Positions 50,601 through 60,357 of a DNA stretch of 64,000 nucleotides are shown piece after piece. The stretch lies in contig CAWKDB010000002.1 of NCBI GenBank assembly GCA_963848295.1, forward strand, positions 1 through 64,000, in the 5' to 3' direction. This DNA comes from an uncultured delta proteobacterium (GTDB lineage: Bacteria; Myxococcota_A; Polyangia; Haliangiales; Haliangiaceae). The first letter of the stretch is position 1; each line of letters opens with the position of its first letter. The notes beneath the pieces are model-generated. The model saw only the letters and a list, made by a program, of their open reading frames with translations. It did not search any database and was not told the origin of the DNA. The translations under genes were made by a program, and so were the position numbers.

Positions 50601-53600
50601 GCCGAGGCGCTCGCCGCCGCCGGCCGGTGGAACGACCGCGCGGTGTTGCTCGGAGAGCTCGCGGCCGAGCCCGGCGAGCAGCTCGATCGCGACGTCGCGC
50701 AGCTGCGCAGCGCGCTCGCCTGGGAAGAGGCGGTCGGCGCCGCGGCGGCGGCCGAGAACGCGGATCCCGCGCTCGTGCAACGCGCCACCGCCTCCGCGCT
50801 CGAAGCGTGGGAGCGCGTGCTCGAGCCGACCGGCGACGCCGGTGCTGCGGCATCCGCTCACGCCGCAACGCTCGCGCTCGCGATGCGGCTCGGGGATCGC
50901 GACACGCTGGTCGATGTCCTCGCTCGCGCACAAGCGGCCGAGCGCTCGCCGTGGGCGGCTTCGAGCCTCGCGCTGCGCCGCGCGCGGTTGATCGCGGAGG
51001 CCGATCCGCCGCGCGCTGATGCGATCTTGCGCGAGGCCTCTTCGATCGATGATCCGCGCCGCGCGGTCGCGCTCGTGCTCGGCGCCGCACGCGCCGGCGA
51101 GATCGGCGACGCCGCGGCCGTGCTCGAGGAACGCGCCGCCGCGATCGCCGGCGAGCCGGACCATCAGCTAGAAGCCGCCGCGCTGCGCCTGCGCGCCGCG
51201 CAGCTCGCGCTCGATGCCGGAGATGCCGGACGCGCGACCACGCTCCTCGCTCAAGTCGAGAAAGCGTTGCCGCAACTCGGCGTCGTGCCCGATCTGCTCG
51301 CGGCTGCGCGCCGCCGCAGCGGCGATCGACCGACGGCGGCGCCGCAGCGCCACGAGCCCTCGTCCGCGCACGGCGATGCGTTCGCGCGAATCGTCCGCGA
51401 TGCCGACCTCGCCGCGGGTCAGGGCGATGCCGCCGGCGCGCTCGGCCTGTACCAGCGCGCCCTCGAGCTCCATCCCGGCGATCCGCTCGCGACCGTGCCG
51501 CTCATCCGCGTGGCGACGGAGCTCGGCGAGCCCGCGCCGATCACGCAGCTCGCGCTCGCCAGGTTGCGCGCGGCCGAGGATCGCGACGATCCCGCCGCGA
51601 AGGCGAACGCGTACGAGTTGCTCGCGCAGATCGATGGCGAGCTGCGCACCGACGTCGGCTCGGCGCAGATCGCGCTCGAGAGTGCCGTGCAGGCGGATGC
51701 GGCGCGCGTCGACATCCTGCATCGCCTCGAGCGCGAATACGCTGCGACCGACCAGATCGGCGAGCTGCTCCGCCTGCGCAAGGCCGAGCTCGCTCAGCTT
51801 CCGGCCGAGCACGCTCGCGATCGCGCGGCGCTGATCGTGGACACCGCGCAACTCGCGGCGCGCGACCGCCGGCCCGATGCCGAGATCGCGGATCTCTATC
51901 GCAGCGCGATCGAGGCCGATCCGAAACACCGCATGGCGTTGCATCACCTCGAGTCGATCGTGCGGCGCGGCGGCGCGTCGCCCGAGCTCGCGATGCTCGA
52001 GGAGCAGATCGCTAGCTACTTCGATGGCGATCCCCGCAGCGGTGCCGCGTTCTGGACCCGCGCCGGCGAGACGCTCGCGGAGCTCGGCCAGATCGATGGC
52101 GCGGTGGGCAAGTTCGGCAAGGCCGACGAGCTCGTGCCCGGTCACGTGCCCGCGCTCGAAGGCTGGCGCGCTGCGGCGCTCAAGGGCCAGTTGTGGGTCG
52201 ACGTCGCCGAGGCGGCGAATCGCCAGGCCGCGATCTCGAACGATGCGAAGATCAAAGCGCAGCTCCACCACTTCGCCGGCGTCGCGCTGATGGACAAGGC
52301 GCTGATCAACGAGCAAGCGCAGACCGCGTTCAAGAAAGCGCTCGACGCCGATCCGAGTCACCGCGATTCGTTCCTGCGCCTGCGGATCCTGCTCGAGGAG
52401 GACGCCGCCCACGACGAGCTCGCGATCCTGCTCGTCGAACCGGCTCGACTACGAGACCGATCCCCGCGCGCGAATCGCGCTGCATCGGGCGGTCGCGGAG
52501 CTGTCGCGCAACTTCCTGTCCGATCGCGAGACCGCGATGAAGCATTATCGCGAGATCCTCGTCGCCGATCCCAACGATCTGCGCGCGCATATGGCGCTCG
52601 CCGATATCGCGTGGGAGCTCGGTAACTGGCAGGAGGCGGCCGACGCGCTGATGCAATGGGCGCGGCTCGAACGCGATCCCGCGACGTTGAAGACGCTGTG
52701 CTATCGCCTCGGCCTGATCTACGCGGATCGCCTCGTCGATATCCCGATGGCGCTCAAGGCGTTCCAGCGCGCGCTCACGTACCAGCCCGACGACGAGAAC
52801 ACGTTGACCCGGCTCGCCGATCTCGCGACCAGCGCCGGTGAATGGAAGCTCGCGCTCGGCGCGTGCGAGCGCCTCGTCAAGAACGAGCAAGATCCGGACA
52901 AGCGCGCACTCCACCTGCATCGCGTCGCGAAGATCTTCAAGGCCGGCTTCAACGACGCCAAGCGCGCCGAGCGGGCGCTCAACCTCGCCCTCGATGGTGC
53001 GCCGACGAGCGACGTCGCGCTGTCCGAGGTCGTCACGTTCTATCGCGACGCCGGCGACATGACGTCGGTGCGCGTCCATCTCAATCGCGTCGCCGGCGCG
53101 ATGCGGACGCGGATCGCCACCGAACCGAAAGATGGCGTCGCGTATCGCGTGATCGCACGCTCGATGCTCGCGCGTGCGAACGCCGGCGTCGAGACTTCGC
53201 TGGCGATCGCGCGGTCGGCCGCCGAGCTCGCTCAGCTCTTCGGCGCCGGTGGCGAGCCCGAAGCGGCGTTGCTCGCGGAGCACCGCTTCGAGCCCGGCGC
53301 GCTCGCCGCGTTGATCCGCCCCGACAGCGACGAGATCTTGTTTCCCCGCACGGTCTCGGGCGAGCTGCGCCAGGTGTTCCAGCTGCTCGGCGACCGCCTC
53401 GCGAAACACGTCGGCGTCGATCTCCGCAGCTACGGTGTCGCGCGCGGCGATCGGTTGCGCGCGAAAGACAGCAAGGTCGCCGCCGCGGTGCAAGAGGTCG
53501 CATCCGCACTCGGGTTCGGCGATGTCGACGTCTACTTGTCGGCGCGCCAGCCGTACGCGATGGTCGCCGAGCCGACGAGCCCGGTGTCGGTCGTGATCGG

Positions 53601-54075
53601 CCAGTCGATCGCACAGGGCGACCCCCGCGGCGTGCGGTTCGCGGCGGGTAGCGCGCTCAAGCTCGCGCAGTCGTCGCTCGCGATTCCGGCGAGGCTCGGG
53701 GTAGACGAGCTCGGCGTGCTCGTCGTCGCGCTGCTTCGTCTGTTCCAGCCCGAGTTCCCGATCGACGGCATCGATCCGGACGCGGTTGCCGCCCAGCTCC
53801 AGAAGCTGCGCCGATTGATCCCGACGGGCCTGATGAACGAGCTCAAGCCGTACGCGGCCGCGGTCGATAACCAGCTGCGACCGCGCGAGCTCGCGCGCGA
53901 TCTGCGGGTCGCAGGTGCCCGAGCCGGCCTGTTGGCCTCGGGATCGCTGCGGGTCGGCCTCGAGGTCCTCGCGGCGGCGGCAGAGCTCGACCTCCAGACC
54001 TACCTGGCGGATCCAGTTGCCCAGGGGCTACTCGCGTTTGCGCTCGGCGAGGACCACGCCACCTTGTCTCGCTGA
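47628..54075 (+). pseudogene. Second giant TPR-repeat protein, frameshifted near 52435
   Basis: ORF 47628-52625 stops looking protein-like after ELAILLV. The frame of ORF 52537-54075 reads NRLDYETDPRARIALHRAVAELSRNFLSDRETAMKHY from the same point. Confidence 0.8.
47784..47855 (+). repeat. Three tandem 24-bp repeats (APAAPPPS)
   Basis: GCGCCGGCTGCT(C/G)C(A/G)CCGCC(G/A)AGC x3. Confidence 0.85.
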
Positions 54076-54144
54076 CTTCCGCTCGACCGAGCGTGATCGG
54101 CGACGCATGCCGCTGCGGCCCGCTCCTTGCTCTTGACCGAGATC

Positions 54145-55788
54145 ATGCGGTTAGCTTCGATCTGCCTGGCTACTCTAGTTGCCTGTGCCAGCGGGCACGC
54201 ACCCGAGCTGTCCGGGCTGTCCGACCAGGTCGCCCAGGTCGGGGTCGAGCTCGATGTCCAGCTCGACGGCACCGACCAGGACGGTGGCCAGCTGACGTAC
54301 AACTACAGCGCGGCGGACGTCACCGACCTCGGGGCGAACGCCGAGATGACGGTCGCACCGAGCGGCGCGGGCTTGTTCCGCTGGACCCCGCTCGCGGCGG
54401 ACCTCGGCTCGCACGCCTTCGACTTCATGGTGTCGGACGGCATTCACACCACGACCGTGACGATCAACATCGTGGTCAAGTCGGCGATCGGCTCCGGCAC
54501 CGCGCCGGTGTTCGAGCAGCCGCTCGGGACGGGCACGACGATCGACCTGTCGATGAAGCAATGCGTCCAGCTCGCGGTCGTCGTCGAGGACAGCGATTCG
54601 CCGAACGTGATGATCGCGCAGGAGCAGCCGGTGATCGACGGCGCGCTGATCACGCCGACCGACGGCCAGTCCGCGGCGTGGAAGTGGTGCCCGTCGGCCG
54701 ACCAGATCGCGGCGGATGACCGCTACACGCTGATCTTGTCCGCGGATGACGGCGACAACCCGAAGGTGTTGAAGGACTACCTGATCGTGCTGCGCAACGG
54801 CAGCGACAACAGCTGCCCGGGCAACGCGCCCACGATCGATCACACGCCGATGAACGAGACGACGTACCTCGATCTCGCGATCGACGCGACGATCGGCGAT
54901 GACATCGGGCTCAAGGACGCGCCGCTGATCTACTACTCGACGACGAACCCGGGCTCCACGCCGGATCTGTCGTCGATGATCCAGCTATCGATGTCCGAGC
55001 AGTCCGGCGATCTGACGAGCGGCGATTGGCTCGGCACGATCCCGAACCCGGTCGCGACCAGCCAGGCCGGTACGCAAGCGACGGTGTACTACGTGATGGT
55101 CGCGCAAGATGCGGACAGCGCGACGTGCAGCCACGTCACGCAATCGCAGGTCTACTCGATGGTCGTCACCGCGGGCGGCAGCGACACCGCGGCGCTGTGC
55201 TCGACGTGCTCGGCGGATACCCAGTGCGGCAGCGGCAACGAGTGCGCGTACATCGGCGACATGGGCGACAGCTACTGCCTCCAGTCGTGCGACTCGGGCT
55301 GCCCCGACGGCTACACCTGCTCGTCGGACCTGATCTACTCCGTCGACTTCAACTCCGCGCTCCAGTGCGTGCCGATCAGCGGCTCGTGCGAAGCGCCGAC
55401 CCAGCCGTGCGTCGATGACTCGTGGGAGCCCGACGACACGCGCAGCGAAGCCTCGGCGAACCCGACGCTGGATCCCGACGACTACAGCCTCGTGAGCTGC
55501 CCGTCGGCGACCGACATGACGCGCGCGAACGACGACTGGTACAAGATCGTGATCAGCGGCGACAACGATGTCGACCTGTTCCTAGACGGCCAGCCGGTCA
55601 CGGACCTCGACCTGCACCTCTATCACTCGGATGGCACGGTGATCGCGACGTCGACGAGCTCGACCTCGATCGAAGAGATCGACACGTGCCTACCGTCGGG
55701 CACCTACTACGTGAAGGTCAACGGCTACGGCTACGCCCGTAACGAGTACGACCTGTCGTATACAACAACGCCGACCACGTGCGAATGA
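54145..55788 (+). CDS. Acidic surface lipoprotein with Ig/cadherin-like, Cys-rich and PPC-like domains
   Basis: LVAC lipobox; FRWTP / FMVSDG; 10-Cys segment; DDWYKI..DLDLHLY..GTYYVKV PPC pattern. Confidence 0.8.
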   Translation: MRLASICLATLVACASGHAPELSGLSDQVAQVGVELDVQLDGTDQDGGQLTYNYSAADVTDLGANAEMTVAPSGAGLFRWTPLAADLGSHAFDFMVSDGIHTTTVTINIVVKSAIGSGTAPVFEQPLGTGTTIDLSMKQCVQLAVVVEDSDSPNVMIAQEQPVIDGALITPTDGQSAAWKWCPSADQIAADDRYTLILSADDGDNPKVLKDYLIVLRNGSDNSCPGNAPTIDHTPMNETTYLDLAIDATIGDDIGLKDAPLIYYSTTNPGSTPDLSSMIQLSMSEQSGDLTSGDWLGTIPNPVATSQAGTQATVYYVMVAQDADSATCSHVTQSQVYSMVVTAGGSDTAALCSTCSADTQCGSGNECAYIGDMGDSYCLQSCDSGCPDGYTCSSDLIYSVDFNSALQCVPISGSCEAPTQPCVDDSWEPDDTRSEASANPTLDPDDYSLVSCPSATDMTRANDDWYKIVISGDNDVDLFLDGQPVTDLDLHLYHSDGTVIATSTSSTSIEEIDTCLPSGTYYVKVNGYGYARNEYDLSYTTTPTTCE

Positions 55789-57707
55789 AGCGATCACTGA
55801 CATGCCTGTTCGCGCTCGGCGCCTGTGCGGGCACGACCGCGCCCGATCCCGGGCTCGAGGGACTCGCGCTCACGCAGGTCGCACCGCAGACCGTGATCCC
55901 GGGCTCGACGCTCGAGCTGACCGGTAACTCGTTCGTCGCCTCGCAGTGGGGCAGCGCGACGCTTCACCTCGTCGGCCAAGGCAACGCCGGTCCGATCGAC
56001 GTCACGTGGCCAGCGACGTTCTCGAGCTTCACCGCGATGACCGTCGCGATCGATGCGACCTCGCTCGCCGCGGTCGGCGACACCGACTTCCACGGCACCG
56101 CCGAGGTCGACTTCATCTCGACCACCGACGGCAAGACATACTCGAGCGCGCCGCTGACGACCGCGTTGTCGTTTCGCACCCAGCTGACGCCGGCGCCGAC
56201 GATGATCGCGACCGGCGTGATCTTCGTCAACGACCAGATCGAGATCGACGGCGACGGGTTCCTGCTCGGCGGCGGCGAAGGTAGCTCCTACGCGCGGGTC
56301 AACGGCTGCTTTCAGCCCGACGCCGGTGGCGAATGCGCCGCGATCGCGCAACAGGACATCGCGATGGTGCCGATGGATCCGCTGTCGCGCACGAAGGCGG
56401 CGTTCCCGTTCGCGCCCGAGATCGTCGGCATCGAGCCTGGCACGTTCACCGGCACCGTCCAGGTCATCAACAAGCAGATGATCGGCGCCGAGGTCGATGC
56501 GTCGCCGCTCACCGCGGGCTACACGCTCGTGACCTCGCAGGTGTTCTCCGCGGATCCGCCCGCCGCGAGCCTCGGCCAATACGTGTTCGTCCACGGCGGC
56601 GGCTTCGTCGGCGGCGAGACCGGTGCGCTGACCCAGCTCGAGCTCCAGGGCACGTTCGCGAAGACCGGCGGCCAGTCCGGCCCGGTCGACATGACGCTGA
56701 TCCCGGAGTTCGTCGAAGGCCGGCTCGTTCGCTACATCATCAACACCGACGACGCGCTCGGCCAGGCGCTCGACTTGCGTCACGACACGGGCAGCTTCAC
56801 CGGCACGATCACGCCGATCGTGTCCTTCGGCAGCGACACCGTGCGCGGCGTGTCGACCCAGATCTCGTTCGCGCTCGCGCCGGTGCGCCAGGTCGTCTAT
56901 CTCGACTACGAGCCGACCTACACCGAGGAGCTGCGCGACTACGGCCTGCGCGCGGTCGATGCGCAGATCCGCGCGACGATCCTCTCGGTGTGCCAGGCGG
57001 CGTACGCCGGCGTCAACATCGACTTCCGCACCGATCCACCGACCGACTTCGCGCTGTTCTCGAACGTCGACATCGTCGGCGTCGATCCGAACGACATGGG
57101 CCTGTTCGGCTACGACAACTCGCCCGGCAAGGACAGCGGCAACCTGCGGCTGTACGACGAGCTCGGCGGCGTCAACGCGACGACCCAGCAGGACGGTTTT
57201 CCCGGCTTCGGCGGCGTGTTCGTGCGGTCGTTCATGGCGTTCTCGGAGCACCCCGGCGAGTTCGCGACGTCGGCCGACGAAGCCGATCCGACGTTCGACC
57301 AGATCTTCGATCCGTTCCGGTCCGATCAAGGCGGCGATGCGATCACCTCGGAAGATCTGACGAGCGCGCCGGCGATGTTGACCGACGGTTCGAGCTGCCC
57401 CGGCTCCTCGCGCCACGATCAGGTGGCCTGCGCGATCTACGTGCTCGGCAACCTCGTCGGCGACACGCTGGCGCACGAGATCGGGCACTCGCTCGGCCTC
57501 GCGAACCCGTACCAGGACGGCTTCCACGACAGCGGCGACTTGCCGAATCGCTTGATGGATGCCGGCGGCGATCGCCCGTTCCTCGAGCGCGCGACGTTAG
57601 CCGGCCAGGGCCCGGGCGTGTTCTGCACCGACGAGTACTCGTACCTGCAGGGCATCTTGCCGTCGACGATGCCGGCACCGAACGTCCAGCGCCCGACGTG
57701 CAACTAG
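55785..57707 (+). CDS. Lipoprotein with a C-terminal zinc metallopeptidase (metzincin-like) domain
   Basis: LGAC lipobox; AHEIGHSLGL; downstream FH...NRLMD (Met-turn-like); ATGA overlap. Confidence 0.78.
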   Translation: MKRSLTCLFALGACAGTTAPDPGLEGLALTQVAPQTVIPGSTLELTGNSFVASQWGSATLHLVGQGNAGPIDVTWPATFSSFTAMTVAIDATSLAAVGDTDFHGTAEVDFISTTDGKTYSSAPLTTALSFRTQLTPAPTMIATGVIFVNDQIEIDGDGFLLGGGEGSSYARVNGCFQPDAGGECAAIAQQDIAMVPMDPLSRTKAAFPFAPEIVGIEPGTFTGTVQVINKQMIGAEVDASPLTAGYTLVTSQVFSADPPAASLGQYVFVHGGGFVGGETGALTQLELQGTFAKTGGQSGPVDMTLIPEFVEGRLVRYIINTDDALGQALDLRHDTGSFTGTITPIVSFGSDTVRGVSTQISFALAPVRQVVYLDYEPTYTEELRDYGLRAVDAQIRATILSVCQAAYAGVNIDFRTDPPTDFALFSNVDIVGVDPNDMGLFGYDNSPGKDSGNLRLYDELGGVNATTQQDGFPGFGGVFVRSFMAFSEHPGEFATSADEADPTFDQIFDPFRSDQGGDAITSEDLTSAPAMLTDGSSCPGSSRHDQVACAIYVLGNLVGDTLAHEIGHSLGLANPYQDGFHDSGDLPNRLMDAGGDRPFLERATLAGQGPGVFCTDEYSYLQGILPSTMPAPNVQRPTCN

Positions 57708-57714
57708 CGCGCGA

Positions 57715-57921
57715 TTATCGGTAGTACGAGGGCACGTTGCCGACGGTAACGACGGGCGCGCTACCGACGCAGTGACCCACGGTCTGCAGGGCGACGTGCG
57801 GGTGACGCCGCGCGGTCTTCGGCGTCATCAAGATGAACGCGACGATCGCGGCGCTGAGTGCGGCGGCAGCCCATGCGATGCGGCCGCGGGGTTGGACAGT
57901 GTCAGCCAGGAGCGTGCCCAT
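57715..57921 (-). CDS. Small single-TM hypothetical protein
   Basis: GGAGG RBS; hydrophobic IAWAAAALSAAIVAFILM. Confidence 0.55.
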   Translation of the reverse strand: MGTLLADTVQPRGRIAWAAAALSAAIVAFILMTPKTARRHPHVALQTVGHCVGSAPVVTVGNVPSYYR

Positions 57922-57963
57922 GCCTCCACGATAGCAGCAGCGGTCGAGTATGCTCGCGAAAAG

Positions 57964-58410
57964 ATGGCTGGCCGCGTCACCCCGACCTCGCCGCAGCGCG
58001 ACATCCGGCGGTGGATCTACGGCGGGCTGGACGTGGTGTTCGCGATCGCCTACATCGTGACGATCTGGAAGGCGATCCCGAATCGCTTGCTGTCCGCGCA
58101 GATCCACCTGTGGATCTTGCCGATCTCGACCGCGGTGATGGCGGGAGGCACGCTCGCCGGGGGCCGGCGCGGCTGGCAGATCGCGCTCGGCGGCGGGTCG
58201 CTGCTCGTGCTCGCCACGATCGCGCTGATCGTCCGGATGCTCGCCTCGGCGGCGTTTCTGGCCGGGACCTACGGCGCGTTCGGCGGGGCCGCAGCGGCCT
58301 CCGCCCTCGTCGGCGTCGCGCTCGTCGTCGAGCTGGTCGGCTTACTCCCGATCGTGCAGGTGAAGTACCTGATGTCACGCGCCGGGCGCCGCGCGTACGG
58401 CGTCGGATGA
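57964..58410 (+). CDS. Four-TM membrane protein
   Basis: Four hydrophobic segments; ATGA overlap with the next gene. Confidence 0.7.
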   Translation: MAGRVTPTSPQRDIRRWIYGGLDVVFAIAYIVTIWKAIPNRLLSAQIHLWILPISTAVMAGGTLAGGRRGWQIALGGGSLLVLATIALIVRMLASAAFLAGTYGAFGGAAAASALVGVALVVELVGLLPIVQVKYLMSRAGRRAYGVG

Positions 58411-60302
58411 AGCGGCGGACCCGCGCGCTGATCGCGGTGTGGACGTTGCCGAGCCTGATCTTTCTCGCCGCGACCGCGTACGGCTACTTCCCGTTTCGCA
58501 TTCCGCCGCCGGATCGGCTCGACGCCGCCGACCGCGCCGCCGTGATCGCGCCGTTGCGCGCGGCGCTGACCGGAGTCGATCCGCCGCGGTGCAGCGTGCA
58601 CCGGCCGCTCGCCGGGCCACTCGCGGTGACGGTGTGGCTCGATGGCCATCAGCTCGCGCGGGTCGACGGTAGCGGCGCAGACATCGCCGCAGCGACCGAC
58701 CATGCCGCCGCGGTGCTGCGCGGCGTGCCCGCGGTCCGTCGGCAACACCCCGCCGAGCTCGAGCGCGCGCGCATCCAGGTCGACCTCATCGGCGGCCGCG
58801 GTGCGATGCCGAGCGACGGCGGGCTGTTCTCCGCGCTGACGTTGCCCGTCGTCACCGACATGCTCGCGATCAACCCCGGGATCGATGGGATCGGCGCCGA
58901 ACGGGCAGGGCGCCAGGCGTTCGTGCTGCCGCACGAGGTGATCGGCGCGAAGGTCCTGTCTGCGGTGCGGCCGTCGGATGCGGTCGCCGACTTCGCGATC
59001 GGGCTCGATCGCGGCCGGCTCGACCGGCTGGTCGCGAGTCGCCTCGACGGCGCGCCGCCCGGCGCGACCCACTGGTTTCGGTTTCGCAGCGATGCGTTCG
59101 TCGAGCCGCCGCCCAGTGCGAGCGATCGCGCCCCGCTGCCGCTGACGCGCGGCAATCCGCCGCCGCCTCCGCTGTCCGCCGGCGCGCTGCGCGAGGCCGC
59201 GCTCGCCGGTGGCCGGTACCTCGTCGCGCACCAGCTCGCGAATGGCCGCTACGTCTATCAGCACGATCTCGCGAACGGCGTGCGCACCGATCAGAAGACC
59301 GGCCCGTACTCGATGCCGCGCCACGCCGGCACCACGTACTTTCTCGCGCAGCTCTACCGCGTCACGAAACAAGAGTGGCTGCGCGAGCCGATCGAGCGCG
59401 CGTTCGCGTACCTGGTCGAGCTGCTCGCCGCCGGACACTGCGGAGGCACGCTGCCGGACGGCACCGAGTTCGAGTGCGTGCTCGATCGCAACGACACCCA
59501 CGAGAAGGCGCACCTCGGCTCGACCGCGCTGACGATCGTCGCGCTCGTCGAATACCAGCGGGCGACCGGCGATGTCCGGTACCTTCAGCTCGCCACCAAG
59601 CTCGCCGCGTTCGTGTTGTACATGCAGCGGCCGGACGGCTCGTTCCGCCACATCTTCAACGCCGATACTCGCGAGCCCGACGAGCACGAGCAGCTGCTCT
59701 ATTACTCGGGCGAGGCCGCGCTCGCGCTCGCCCGGATGTACGAGGTCACGAAGGATCCGCGCTATGCCCGCGCTGCCGAGGCCGCGCTCGACTGGCTCGT
59801 CGACTGGTACGACTTCTTCATGGGCGGGTTCTTCTACATGGAGCAGCACTGGACCTGCATCGCGGCCGAGGCGATCTGGCCGGCGGTCAAGTCCGACAAG
59901 TACCGCGAGTTCTGCGACGGCCTCGGCGCCTTCCTGCGAGGCCAGCAACCCGACGCCTCCGACCTCGGCGACGAAGCCGACCTCGCCGGTGCCTACATGA
60001 TCACGCCGTTCGTCGCGCCGTACAACACGCCGACCGGGTCGTCGACCGAGGCGATGATCTCGGCGTACCTGCTCGACCTCGATCACGGCCGACCGGATCC
60101 CGAGATCCGCGCCCAGATCGATCGCGCGATGCAGTACGCCCTCGGCCAACAGGTCCGCCCGGACAATGACTTCTCGGCGCTCGGTGCCGGCGACGGCGGT
60201 GTCCCGGAGAGCCCGGTGAACCGGATGGTCCAGATCGACTATGTCCAGCACGTGTGCTCGGCGATGCTCCGGGCGTCCGAGCTACCCGGCCGCTCGTTGT
60301 AA
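58407..60302 (+). CDS. Membrane-anchored protein with an AMMECR1-like N-terminal part and an alpha/alpha-toroid C-terminal domain
   Basis: N-terminal TM; QLANGRYVY, RHAGT, MQRPDGSF, YYSGEAALAL and IDYVQH motifs. Confidence 0.65.
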   Translation: MKRRTRALIAVWTLPSLIFLAATAYGYFPFRIPPPDRLDAADRAAVIAPLRAALTGVDPPRCSVHRPLAGPLAVTVWLDGHQLARVDGSGADIAAATDHAAAVLRGVPAVRRQHPAELERARIQVDLIGGRGAMPSDGGLFSALTLPVVTDMLAINPGIDGIGAERAGRQAFVLPHEVIGAKVLSAVRPSDAVADFAIGLDRGRLDRLVASRLDGAPPGATHWFRFRSDAFVEPPPSASDRAPLPLTRGNPPPPPLSAGALREAALAGGRYLVAHQLANGRYVYQHDLANGVRTDQKTGPYSMPRHAGTTYFLAQLYRVTKQEWLREPIERAFAYLVELLAAGHCGGTLPDGTEFECVLDRNDTHEKAHLGSTALTIVALVEYQRATGDVRYLQLATKLAAFVLYMQRPDGSFRHIFNADTREPDEHEQLLYYSGEAALALARMYEVTKDPRYARAAEAALDWLVDWYDFFMGGFFYMEQHWTCIAAEAIWPAVKSDKYREFCDGLGAFLRGQQPDASDLGDEADLAGAYMITPFVAPYNTPTGSSTEAMISAYLLDLDHGRPDPEIRAQIDRAMQYALGQQVRPDNDFSALGAGDGGVPESPVNRMVQIDYVQHVCSAMLRASELPGRSL

Positions 60303-60357
60303 GGCGTCGAGAGGCCGCGGCTGAACTCCGGCCGATTGTGGTCTACAATGAACGCTC

